Shown here piece after piece: positions 27,381-36,433 of a stretch of DNA of 36,433 bases (positions are counted from its first letter, which is position 1; each line of letters opens with the position of its first letter). The notes under the pieces were generated by a model. It worked only from the letters and a program-made list of their open reading frames with translations, had not been told where the DNA came from and ran no database searches. The position numbers and the translations under genes are program-made. Source of the stretch: Bacteriovoracales bacterium (GTDB lineage Bacteria > Bdellovibrionota > Bacteriovoracia > Bacteriovoracales > Bacteriovoracaceae); assembly GCA_036675045.1 (NCBI GenBank), contig JAKFFP010000264.1:1-36433 (forward strand), read 5' to 3'.

Positions 27381-29381
27381 TCAGATCAGGGTATAGGGGT
27401 CGACATCGATCTTATAAGACACCGAGGCCATGGACTTGTAATTAAGTTCAAAGGATTTCAAAAGGTTGTGTAATTGCGACAGATCCTGCGACTTAAGGAG
27501 AATTGACCAAGTAAATTGGTTGGACTTTTTTTCAATATGGGCCGGACGGGGTCCCAGGATCGTAACTTCGCCGAAGTGGTCCTGGATCAGTTTTCTGAAC
27601 ATGGGCCCGATATTCTCGGTCACGTGATCCACCAGGCGGTCCTGAAAACGTGAGGAAAAATGAATCATCGCCAGTCTTTTATAAGGAGGACAATCGCACA
27701 GCTCGCGGATCTTTAATTCAGATTCATAAAAATCATGAAATGAATGTGCCTTCACCATTTGAAACAGAGAGCTCTCGGGATTTAAAGTCTGGATGAGAAC
27801 TTTACCGTCCTGGGAATATCTTCCCGCGCGACCCGATACCTGTGTCAATGTCTGGTAAACCCTTTCCTGTGATCTGAAATCCGGAAAGTTCAGCTGGCTA
27901 TCAATTCCCAGAATTAAAACAAGTTTTACTTTTTCAAAGTTGTGACCTTTGGAAAGCATCTGCGTGCCAACCATGATGTCGATTCTTCCTTCATGAAAGT
28001 CATCCAGCCGTTTTTCCAATTGGGTGAAATTCTTAATCTCTTCCCGATCAAATCTTTCAATCCTCTTATCCGGAAAAACTTTCTGGAGTACTTCCTGGAC
28101 TTTCTCCGTACCGAAGCCTTTTTGAACCATGGTGAGTGATCCGCACTCCGGACACTGTGACGGAATATCATCCTTATACTCACAGTGATGACAGGCGAGA
28201 AGGTTCTTCTTTTTGTAGTATCTCAATGTAATGGAACAGTTCGGACAATTGAACTGATGACCACACGCACGGCATTGAATGTAATTGGCAAATCCCAGGC
28301 GGTTTACAAATACCAGAACCTGATCACCATTTTTCAACGATGCCCTGATGGCATCGAGAGAAGTTCTGACGATGGGCCAGGTGTCGTCCTCTTTCATGGA
28401 TTTGTCGCGGGCGTCGATGAGTTCAATCGCTGGAAGATAAGCTTCGCCCGCACGCTCTTTCATCTCAAATAGATGCCCTTTCGTATTCTGAGCATGGAAC
28501 TGCGCATAGGTCTCAAGACTTGGTGTCGCTGAACCCATGACCAGCGGTATGCCCAGGAGCTGGGCCTTTTTAGAAGCGACGTCGCGTGCGTTGTAAGGAC
28601 AACGATCATCCTGCTTGTAGGAAGTATCGTGTTCTTCATCGATCACAATGAGGCCAAGATTCTTTAAGGGAATAAAGACCGAACTCCTGACACCCATGAG
28701 AAGACACGGTGTCTCGAGAGTACGCGCCATTTGCCAGATCTGGTACTTCTGAGAGTCAGCGAGTTCTGAGTGATAAGAATAAATCGGGGCCGAGATATAT
28801 TTCGCAAAAGTCGAAATGAATTGGGGAGTAAGGTTAATTTCCGGTAGTAGAAAAAGAACTGATTTTCCTTGCTCCAGAGTTGCCTTGATAAGATCTAGAT
28901 AGACAACGGTCTTACCACTTCCGGTCACCCCGTGGATGAGTGATCGCCCGTAATTATTAAGGCCTTCCCGGATACTTTGAATAATTGTTTTCTGGATCGG
29001 ATTGGGTACAAACTCCAGCTCTTTCCCCTCACCCTGAACGACATCCAGAGGACGAGGCCGCTTGAGATGGTTCGGAAGACAGTCAAAAATGAGCTGGCCC
29101 AGGCTGTAATGGTAGTAACCGGCCATCCACTCAAATAATTCCAGTTCATTTTCCTGGAGCTTCCATTCCGGAACAAGATTGGTGATGGATTTAATTTTAT
29201 CGACGGGAGTATTTTTGTATTCTTCCGAGGCGCTCTCGTCAGTTGCGAGTACGCATCCAACTTCTTTCCGCTTTCCCAGCGGAACCTCAACCACCTGTCC
29301 GCGGGTAAGATCTCCCTCATAGTGATAGAGAAGGCCTTTATTTTTCAGGGGAAAATTAACTGCGACCCGGGCAACTTTCAT
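27381..29381 (-). CDS. priA: Primosomal protein N' (replication restart helicase)
   Basis: GVTGSGKT, LLPEINLTPQ, DEEH, four CxxC pairs, QVSGRAGR. Confidence 0.97.
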   Translation of the reverse strand: MKVARVAVNFPLKNKGLLYHYEGDLTRGQVVEVPLGKRKEVGCVLATDESASEEYKNTPVDKIKSITNLVPEWKLQENELELFEWMAGYYHYSLGQLIFDCLPNHLKRPRPLDVVQGEGKELEFVPNPIQKTIIQSIREGLNNYGRSLIHGVTGSGKTVVYLDLIKATLEQGKSVLFLLPEINLTPQFISTFAKYISAPIYSYHSELADSQKYQIWQMARTLETPCLLMGVRSSVFIPLKNLGLIVIDEEHDTSYKQDDRCPYNARDVASKKAQLLGIPLVMGSATPSLETYAQFHAQNTKGHLFEMKERAGEAYLPAIELIDARDKSMKEDDTWPIVRTSLDAIRASLKNGDQVLVFVNRLGFANYIQCRACGHQFNCPNCSITLRYYKKKNLLACHHCEYKDDIPSQCPECGSLTMVQKGFGTEKVQEVLQKVFPDKRIERFDREEIKNFTQLEKRLDDFHEGRIDIMVGTQMLSKGHNFEKVKLVLILGIDSQLNFPDFRSQERVYQTLTQVSGRAGRYSQDGKVLIQTLNPESSLFQMVKAHSFHDFYESELKIRELCDCPPYKRLAMIHFSSRFQDRLVDHVTENIGPMFRKLIQDHFGEVTILGPRPAHIEKKSNQFTWSILLKSQDLSQLHNLLKSFELNYKSMASVSYKIDVDPYTLI

Positions 29382-30352
29382 CAGAGAAGAAAATCCGGAC
29401 GAGGTATCTGGCTTTCCTTGCCTTTAAGAATCGTATCCCACTTTTTCAGGCGACGGACGATATCTTCTTCTTTTTCGAGATAATGACGGAGGTCGGTAAC
29501 TTCAACCTGATAATTGTCACCGCTGAAATCACGGATCAGCATCGTTCTCGGAAAACGATGAGTCCCATTAAGGAGCCCGTAGTTCCGACAGAGAATTTCC
29601 ATTTCACCAGCAGCTGACTTGAAGACGATCTTCATGACATCACGACTATTGTAAGCGAATGCAGCGGTGAAGGGTCCCGCTTCCGCAAACCAGGCCATGT
29701 CCCCTTCTTCTTTGGCGAGCTTCACCTGTTTCGTGTCGATGTACATGGATTCATCCATCACTGCCTCAACTCTCTCACGGGCCGCTGCATCTTCCGGACG
29801 AAGGGGATTCACTTCTGTCTTTTTGGCTGCGCGATCCTGATTGATCGTCACGAGATATCTCTTATAGCTCGCAAGGTATTCGATCTTCTCGCGATTAATC
29901 AGATCGCTGTTCAATTTTACCGGCACGCCCAGCGATTTAAGATAGTTCACCATGTGTGAGCCATTATTAAATGCCAGCGAGTTTACCAGTGCAAAGAAAA
30001 CACCCTTCTCCATTTCTTCGACAGAAGGTTTCAGCGTGAAGGGAGAAAAGGTTGAATAATATATTTTATGTTCCAGTGAGTTTTCAGAAAAGGTACTGTC
30101 GCGATAGCGGGCCTGAGCAATTTTAAGATTGTCGCCTACTCCTTTCGTGAGAAAGATCCGGAAATATTCATCGGCCAGTGGTTGCGCTTTTCCTTCTTCA
30201 CCCGGCACTATTTTTCTGATCGTCATTGTGAAAGAGACACCATTCGCTGTCACATCCGCATTGGAACCGTGACGAAAGAGTGATTCGATGGTTGGTACGA
30301 ATGCCAGGACATTTGACGAGAAAAAAATCAGAAGGAAGAAAGCGCGAATCAT
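29381..30352 (-). CDS. Hypothetical exported protein
   Basis: Signal peptide ending VLA; overlaps galU and priA (coupled). Confidence 0.7.
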   Translation of the reverse strand: MIRAFFLLIFFSSNVLAFVPTIESLFRHGSNADVTANGVSFTMTIRKIVPGEEGKAQPLADEYFRIFLTKGVGDNLKIAQARYRDSTFSENSLEHKIYYSTFSPFTLKPSVEEMEKGVFFALVNSLAFNNGSHMVNYLKSLGVPVKLNSDLINREKIEYLASYKRYLVTINQDRAAKKTEVNPLRPEDAAARERVEAVMDESMYIDTKQVKLAKEEGDMAWFAEAGPFTAAFAYNSRDVMKIVFKSAAGEMEILCRNYGLLNGTHRFPRTMLIRDFSGDNYQVEVTDLRHYLEKEEDIVRRLKKWDTILKGKESQIPRPDFLL

Positions 30353-31236
30353 AATTTGATACCGTGTTTGTTAAGCCTGTATTTCAGAGAGGCTATAAAT
30401 GTATCACGAATTGCCGGATCTTTGAGTGCGAAATCAATTGTCGCGTCCAGATATCCCGGAAGTGAACCAGTATCAAATCGCTCGCCTTCAAACTTATAGG
30501 CAAATACATCACGCTTCTGACAAAGAACACTGATCGCATCCGTCAGCTGGTACTCATTTCCTGCCCCGCGCGGGATCTTTTCGAGGATATCGAAAATTTC
30601 CGGACTCAGAACATATCTTCCCGGCGTCGCGAGATTGGTGGGCGCATCTTCCGGCTTCGGCTTTTCCACCATGCCCGTCATACGCAAGGTTTTCTCGTCA
30701 ACAATATCGCCTTTCACGATCCCGTACTTTGAAGTTTGATCCTTCGGAACTTCCATCACGCCAATGACTGAGGCACCGTTATTTTTTACAGAGAGATCAA
30801 TCAGTTGCTTGATGGCAGGGTTTTTATCATTGATCACTATGTCGTCGCCAAGAAGAACGGCAAACGGCTCATTACCAATCATGCTTTTCGCACAAAGAAC
30901 AGCATGGCCCAGACCAAGTTGTTCCTTTTGACGAACACTTGTGACATCGACCATGGAACCAATTTTCCGGATGAGCTCCAGCTCTTTCAATTTGTTATTT
31001 CTCTCGAGAAAAGCCTCTAGCTCCTGATTGCGATCAAAGTAGTCCTCGACCGCAAATTTCCCGGAAGCAGTGACGAAAATCACCTGCTCGATTCCGGCTT
31101 CACAAGCTTCTTTTACGATATAGTGAATCATCGGGACATTGATGATCGGAATGATTTCTTTTGCTATTTCTTTTGTCGCCGGAAGAAAGCGGGTGCCTTT
31201 ACCAGCAATAGGAATAATGGCCTTTCTGATTCTCAT
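30349..31236 (-). CDS. galU: UTP--glucose-1-phosphate uridylyltransferase
   Basis: KAIIPIAGKGTRFLPATK, RQKEQLGLGHAV, VEKPK, EYQLTDAI. Confidence 0.95.
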   Translation of the reverse strand: MRIRKAIIPIAGKGTRFLPATKEIAKEIIPIINVPMIHYIVKEACEAGIEQVIFVTASGKFAVEDYFDRNQELEAFLERNNKLKELELIRKIGSMVDVTSVRQKEQLGLGHAVLCAKSMIGNEPFAVLLGDDIVINDKNPAIKQLIDLSVKNNGASVIGVMEVPKDQTSKYGIVKGDIVDEKTLRMTGMVEKPKPEDAPTNLATPGRYVLSPEIFDILEKIPRGAGNEYQLTDAISVLCQKRDVFAYKFEGERFDTGSLPGYLDATIDFALKDPAIRDTFIASLKYRLNKHGIKL

Positions 31237-31279
31237 AAATATCCTTGTTTAAGAGAAAAATATTCTCTACATTTTGACT

Positions 31280-32191
31280 ATGACCAAACTCAAATTTTTC
31301 ACTGTACTTGCAGTCGCGGGAACTTTAAATACGACAACGGCCCTTGCGGCGAACATCAGGGAGTTTCAGACTACCCGCTTGAACTCAACGGCAGGTGCCG
31401 GTGTTGCGAGTATTCTTTCTACCGAAGCGGCCATATTAAATCCAGCGACCTCTACTTTTTTTGAAGGCAATAGCGCGTCCTATCAGTCTTACACAACATC
31501 GCTTCAGCACAAAAACACTCTGCGTGATACGAATAGCGATTCCTTCGCCAAGCAAAATCGCTCCCAGGGGATGTTTTTATCCGACTCTTCCAGTGGGGTT
31601 AAGGGCGGTGTGGCGTATTTGAGCCAGAAAGAAAATCGCTACGAGAGAGAAAAAGTGGTCCTTCACGGCGCCGCTCCTCTTGGGCCCAAATCCTCTCTCG
31701 GTGTGACTTACAATTTTCTCCAGGACACTCTTCCCCGCGGAAGACACGATCGGCATCAGACTTCGCACCAATTGAGCATGGGAATTCTTCACATCATCGA
31801 TGAAGCAACCACTCTGGGAGTTGTTATCACAGATCCCACCCGTACTACCCCGGGAGAAGAAAGGCTTTTGGCCGGCTTTCAATACCAAATAGCTTCAAGG
31901 TTTGTGATTATTGGAGATGTTGGTGCCCAGTATTCAAAATCATTTTCTGAAAACTATCTCTGGCGGGCGGCCCTTCAACTCAATATCTTTAGTGACTTCT
32001 TTATCCGCGGGGGAAGATTTCACGAAAACATGACCCAATCCAAGGGTACCGGCTGGGGTGCCAGCTGGATTGGACCAAGATTCGGGGTCGAGTTTGCTCA
32101 GAAAATGACCGAGTACTATGGTAAGAGATCTTATGTGTATCAGGATGAAAAACTGGTCGATACATCGCTGTCGGCAATCATCAAATTTTAA
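31280..32191 (+). CDS. Putative outer-membrane beta-barrel protein
   Basis: Signal peptide ending ALA; 'EAAILNPA' as in FadL/PorV-like N-termini; C-terminal F. Confidence 0.65.
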   Translation: MTKLKFFTVLAVAGTLNTTTALAANIREFQTTRLNSTAGAGVASILSTEAAILNPATSTFFEGNSASYQSYTTSLQHKNTLRDTNSDSFAKQNRSQGMFLSDSSSGVKGGVAYLSQKENRYEREKVVLHGAAPLGPKSSLGVTYNFLQDTLPRGRHDRHQTSHQLSMGILHIIDEATTLGVVITDPTRTTPGEERLLAGFQYQIASRFVIIGDVGAQYSKSFSENYLWRAALQLNIFSDFFIRGGRFHENMTQSKGTGWGASWIGPRFGVEFAQKMTEYYGKRSYVYQDEKLVDTSLSAIIKF

Positions 32192-32210
32192 ATTTTTCCG
32201 ATAAGCCGGC

Positions 32211-32930
32211 ATGTCCAGTAAATCCGGGAGAACCGCCAGAGAAGAACGCGAAAAACGTCTCATTCTCAAACATAGATTCGAGACAAGGATCACGGTCGCG
32301 CGTTTTGGAAACGAGTCGCGCGGAGTGAAAGATTTTTCCGGAGCTCTCCGGAAATTTACTGATTATCTACAGGTGATGGCAGAGGTTAAAGGTGTCCCGG
32401 ATATCTACTCACTTAAGCCCCAGCACTTTGATCCAAAAAAAGACGTTACCGAAATGCTGATGATAAGCCATATCTACTTCGAGATGGCCAAGATGTATGA
32501 TGCCGTTCCAAAGTTCCACGATGAATCTAAACGATGTATTGATCAGTTTGTGCTCTTCTCTGTGAATCAGCCTTTCCAGGTCATAAATTCTGAGCTCATG
32601 CGAAAGCATCTCAAGAAGACACTGTTCAAGAATGTTGAGATCTTCAGGAATGCCTATGTCCAGATCTTTGTGCAATCAAAGAAATGTTATGTGGTCACTT
32701 TTTGCCTCGGTGGCCAGCATCCCGTTACTCAGGACTTTCGCGCACTGAAAGACATCCTTCTCGAATACAGGGCGGGTCAGGAGCTCGTCAGGATTTATTA
32801 TAAGTATTCCTCCGTGGCAGTTCATCGCTGGGAAGGAAAACCCGCGGCGCTTCTCGCGGGGAAATGGATTGTACGGCCGCTTCTCGTTTTGTTTTCAAAA
32901 GCAGTCCTACGGACTATACTCTTTAAATGA
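32211..32930 (+). CDS. Helical protein with C-terminal CFI-box-CTERM-like domain
   Basis: 'KKCYVVTFCLGGQHPVTQDFRALKD...GQELVRIYYKYS' plus hydrophobic/basic end. Confidence 0.7.
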   Translation: MSSKSGRTAREEREKRLILKHRFETRITVARFGNESRGVKDFSGALRKFTDYLQVMAEVKGVPDIYSLKPQHFDPKKDVTEMLMISHIYFEMAKMYDAVPKFHDESKRCIDQFVLFSVNQPFQVINSELMRKHLKKTLFKNVEIFRNAYVQIFVQSKKCYVVTFCLGGQHPVTQDFRALKDILLEYRAGQELVRIYYKYSSVAVHRWEGKPAALLAGKWIVRPLLVLFSKAVLRTILFK

Positions 32931-34015
32931 TTCTCTCCCGGATTCTGATAAAAGAATGGTTCAAGACCCTGATCGGCGCAATTGCCGTTCTGTTTCTGCT
33001 TATATCAACTGCTGACCTCATCAATGGATTTCTTCAGGGAAAAGATTCATCCCGCGTTCTTCTTGAATATCTTCTGAAGATGCCTGATCTCATGGGAAAG
33101 ATGTTTCCCATCTGTTGCCTGGTAGCTTCTCTTTTTTCTCTCAACAAGCTCAAGGGCCATGCTGAACTCATTGCCATTCTCGCGGCAGGATATTCATACA
33201 AGAGAATTTATGTCCTGATCGGAACTTGCGCTCTTTCCGTCGTGGCATTGCAATTTGTGAATCTCGGTTTTGTCGAACCCATGGCCAATAAAGTAAAGCG
33301 ACAGGAAATTCAAAAAAGCCGGAAGTCTGAAGGGAAGTACCTCACCAGAAGCTCTCTGGAAGGTGGAAAATTCTGGTATAAGTCCCAAAATTATTTTGCC
33401 TCATTTTCCTACTTCGACCGTCACAAGCTGCTGCTAAAGGATCTTGAGCTTTACTATTTCAACGATAAGCATATCAGTACCCGGATTCTTTCGGCCGGTT
33501 TTGCTCACTTTGAAAATGGAAAGTGGGCACTGACCGACATTTCCGAAATTTCTGATCTTGATGGAACTTCATTTCCCGTCATTGCGGCAAAAGATAATTA
33601 TCTCCTTGAGCTCGCGGAAACACCGGAGGACTTCGGGGAGTTTGAAGCCGATCTCACAACACTTTCCTTTTTTAAACTTTCTCGCTTTGTCTCCAGACTT
33701 TCCAAGACCGGAATCAATGTCTCTGAATATGAAATTCTCCTGATGAATAAGGTCTTTTTGAGCCTGATCTGCCTGGTCTTTGCCCTATTCCCGGTGTCGA
33801 CCATTTTTAATCCAAATCGACGATCGAGCTCTTTTGGTAAGAATGTCGTTCTGACTCTCCTGGTTACGGTCGGATTTTGGGTACTTTACAGCTCTGCCGT
33901 GGCCTTTGGTAATTCAGGCAAAGTCCCGCCGCTCGTGGCGACCGGAATTGTCCCCTGTCTCTTCATGGCCTTCGTCCTGGGAACCTTCCTCAAGAATCGA
34001 AAACTCGCAATTTAA
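32927..34015 (+). CDS. LptF/LptG family LPS export permease
   Basis: 3 TM + periplasmic domain + 3 TM; 'AELIAILAAGYS'. Confidence 0.88.
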   Translation: MILSRILIKEWFKTLIGAIAVLFLLISTADLINGFLQGKDSSRVLLEYLLKMPDLMGKMFPICCLVASLFSLNKLKGHAELIAILAAGYSYKRIYVLIGTCALSVVALQFVNLGFVEPMANKVKRQEIQKSRKSEGKYLTRSSLEGGKFWYKSQNYFASFSYFDRHKLLLKDLELYYFNDKHISTRILSAGFAHFENGKWALTDISEISDLDGTSFPVIAAKDNYLLELAETPEDFGEFEADLTTLSFFKLSRFVSRLSKTGINVSEYEILLMNKVFLSLICLVFALFPVSTIFNPNRRSSSFGKNVVLTLLVTVGFWVLYSSAVAFGNSGKVPPLVATGIVPCLFMAFVLGTFLKNRKLAI

Positions 34016-34045
34016 AATCACTTCCCGCCATGCTATAAAACCAGC

Positions 34046-34618
34046 ATGAATTTAGACAATTACAAGCTCACAGGAAGTGAACTTCCTATTTCCGTTTATC
34101 CGGAGCCCGTGCTTTCAAAGGTTGCGGAGCCGGTGACGGATTTTACTAAGGATCTTGAAAAGCTGGTCGAAGACATGCTCTTCACCATGTACCACGCTCC
34201 CGGCATTGGTCTCGCAGCCCCGCAGGTAGGAAAGAGCATTCGTCTTTTTGTTCTGGATGTAGATTACGATCGTGAAGTCATTACGAACTCATCCGGCAAA
34301 GAAGAAGTTCGCTTATCCGAATTCAAACCGATGGTCTTCATTAATCCCGTCATAACCGGAATGAGCGGATCGACTACGTATGAAGAGGGCTGCCTTTCTG
34401 TCCCTGGTGTCTATGAGGAAGTGAAACGTCACAAGGCTGTACATGTGAAATTCCAGGATCTGAAAGGTAACTTTCACGAACTGGAAGCCGACGATATGCT
34501 CTCCATCTGCATCCAGCATGAGAACGATCACCTTGATGGAGTCGTCTTTATCGAGCGTCTCTCCAATCTCAAAAAGAATTTCTATAAAAAGAAAATGGCC
34601 AAAGAGAAGGGCCGATGA
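34046..34618 (+). CDS. def: Peptide deformylase
   Basis: GIGLAAPQVG, EGCLS, QHENDHLDG. Confidence 0.97.
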   Translation: MNLDNYKLTGSELPISVYPEPVLSKVAEPVTDFTKDLEKLVEDMLFTMYHAPGIGLAAPQVGKSIRLFVLDVDYDREVITNSSGKEEVRLSEFKPMVFINPVITGMSGSTTYEEGCLSVPGVYEEVKRHKAVHVKFQDLKGNFHELEADDMLSICIQHENDHLDGVVFIERLSNLKKNFYKKKMAKEKGR

Positions 34619-35553
34619 AGAAATTCAGAGTCGCGTTCTGCGGAACACCTGACTTTTCAGTCCCGACTCTGGAGCTTCTGAGTAAACATCCTCAAATAAA
34701 TCTTCGCTATGTTATCTCCATGCCGGATCGACCGGCTGGTAGAGGAATGGAACTCAAGTCTCCCGAAGTAATTGAGTTCGCCAAAAAAAATAACATTCCC
34801 TTCTTCCAGACAGAAAACATCAATCGCGAAGAAGAGTTCAAGAAAAAACTCAAAGAAGAGCAGCTTGATTTCATCGTTGTCCTCGCCTTCGCTCAGTTTC
34901 TGGGCGAAGAGATGCTCACGATGGCGAAGCTCGGTTGCTACAACATCCACACTTCGATTCTTCCCAAATACAGAGGAGCAGCTCCCATTCAATACGCTCT
35001 CTGGAATGGTGATACGGAAACAGGCGTCTCCATCCAGCAGATGGTGAAAAAAATGGATGCGGGCGATCTCGTGCATTTCCGGACTGTGGCCATTGGTCCC
35101 CAGGAAACCGGAGGACAACTTTATACTCGTCTCAAAGAGGAAGCGGCCATTGCCATGAACGAGCTGATTCAGAAAGTTTCGGAAGACAAGGTAACGTATA
35201 CGAAACAGGATGAAACCAAAGTTTCGTTTGCGCCGACCCTGAAAAAAGAGGACGGACTTCTGAAGTTCGGAGAAAAAACAACGACGCAGATCCTGAATCT
35301 CATCCGCGCCTGTGATCCATGGCCCGGAACCTATTGCTTCTTAAACGGTAAACGCCTCAAAGTGCTCAAGGCCGAAAAATATCATGCTGGTATTGGTGCC
35401 GGAAAAGCGAAAAACGACATGGGCTCACTCATTGTCGGCTGCACCGACGGAACACTTCGCCTTTCTGAGATTCAGCTTGAAGGAAAAAAACCCTGCAGTG
35501 ATCGCGAACTATTGAACGGAATTAAAACTGACATCAACATCAGCGAGAAATAA
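34615..35553 (+). CDS. fmt: Methionyl-tRNA formyltransferase
   Basis: GTPDFS, PDRPAGRG, NIHTSILPKYRGAAPIQ, MDAGD. Confidence 0.97.
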   Translation: MKKFRVAFCGTPDFSVPTLELLSKHPQINLRYVISMPDRPAGRGMELKSPEVIEFAKKNNIPFFQTENINREEEFKKKLKEEQLDFIVVLAFAQFLGEEMLTMAKLGCYNIHTSILPKYRGAAPIQYALWNGDTETGVSIQQMVKKMDAGDLVHFRTVAIGPQETGGQLYTRLKEEAAIAMNELIQKVSEDKVTYTKQDETKVSFAPTLKKEDGLLKFGEKTTTQILNLIRACDPWPGTYCFLNGKRLKVLKAEKYHAGIGAGKAKNDMGSLIVGCTDGTLRLSEIQLEGKKPCSDRELLNGIKTDINISEK

Positions 35554-35555
35554 AA

Positions 35556-36206
35556 ATGGTTATCATCTCTCCCAGCCTTCTCTCAGCCGACTTCATGGAC
35601 CTCAAGACCGACCTTGAGCGACTGAACTCTGTTGATAATCTGTGGCTCCATCTCGACATCATGGATGGCCATTTCGTTCCGAATCTCACTTTCGGCGAAC
35701 CGGTCCTGAAAAAAGTGAAGACGGTCACCAAGCACAAGCTCGATGCTCACTTCATGGTCACGAATGCGGATTTCTACGCTGACGCTTTCAAAGACCTGGG
35801 AATTCATAACTTCACTTTCCATTGGGAAGCAGAGGTTCACCATGACCGCTTCATCCAGAAGTTAAAAGAGATTTACCCTTCAGTCGGTATTTCACTCAAT
35901 CCATCGACTCCGCTTTCCGTCATTCCAAAATACATTCTCGGAAAAGTTGATCTGGTTCTTCTGATGAGTGTTAACCCCGGCTTTGGCGGGCAGAAGTTCA
36001 TCCCGGAGATCGTGGACAAGGTCATCGAGCTCGACAAAATCCGCCATGAAAACAAGTTAAAGTTCCAGATCCAGGTGGATGGCGGAATCAATGACCAGAA
36101 CGCTGGTTACCTCATTCAGGCCGGTGCAAACAACCTCGTGGCCGGTAATTATATTTTCTCAGAACCCAATAAAGACTATCTCGCACGGGTCAACAAAATC
36201 AGATAG
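35556..36206 (+). CDS. rpe: Ribulose-phosphate 3-epimerase
   Basis: SPSLLSAD, HLDIMDGHFVPN, MSVNPGFGGQ, VDGGI. Confidence 0.97.
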   Translation: MVIISPSLLSADFMDLKTDLERLNSVDNLWLHLDIMDGHFVPNLTFGEPVLKKVKTVTKHKLDAHFMVTNADFYADAFKDLGIHNFTFHWEAEVHHDRFIQKLKEIYPSVGISLNPSTPLSVIPKYILGKVDLVLLMSVNPGFGGQKFIPEIVDKVIELDKIRHENKLKFQIQVDGGINDQNAGYLIQAGANNLVAGNYIFSEPNKDYLARVNKIR

Positions 36207-36214
36207 GCAAACAT

Positions 36215-36433
36215 ATGATCGACTTCTCACAGGCTCGCACATTTGAACTCAATGGAACTAATATCACGATTGATGATGTGGCCTTCATCGCCAGGGCAGG
36301 GCCCGGTCAGGTGAAGCTTAAGATCAGCGATGCTTCATTAAAACGCATGCGCGCCTCCCGCGAAATCATTCTGGGAATCGTGAAAAAAGGAAAGCCGGTT
36401 TACGGAATCAATACCGGATTCGGTGCACTCGCT
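36215..36433 (+). CDS. hutH: Histidine ammonia-lyase (5' part, truncated by window)
   Basis: MIDFSQARTFELNGTNITIDDV...GKPVYGINTGFGALA; contains the aromatic ammonia-lyase VYGINTGFG motif. Confidence 0.8.
   Translation, partial: MIDFSQARTFELNGTNITIDDVAFIARAGPGQVKLKISDASLKRMRASREIILGIVKKGKPVYGINTGFGALA

Overview
Mostly core-genome window of a bacterium with moderate GC. Gene content and promoter types suggest a predatory Bdellovibrionota (Bacteriovoracaceae-like) organism; this is inference. In order it carries: a partial CHASE2 sensor kinase; a BFD-like ferredoxin; an endonuclease IV-like gene; a LysM/M48-like/AmgK/MurU cell-wall operon; deoxynucleoside kinase; folK with acyl-CoA dehydrogenase and etfBA; Mrp; a soluble lytic transglycosylase; tRNA-Gln-prs-pth-ychF; three outer-membrane beta-barrels; priA; galU; an LptF/G permease; def-fmt-rpe; and the start of hutH. 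Main anomalies: (1) two otherwise intact genes each carry one in-frame stop codon (TAG in the nfo-like gene at 3160-3162, TAA in pth at 22142-22144); (2) a ~125 bp palindromic MITE/REP-like element overlaps the ychF stop; (3) a sigma54 promoter with paired TGT-N11-ACA sites drives an unknown exported protein; (4) a large secreted protein has a Gln/Met/Gly low-complexity tail and a sigma28-like promoter; (5) two M48-like proteins lack HExxH; (6) several genes look leaderless. No CRISPR array, transposase, prophage or recognisable defence system was seen. All family calls come from reading motifs by eye, not from database searches.
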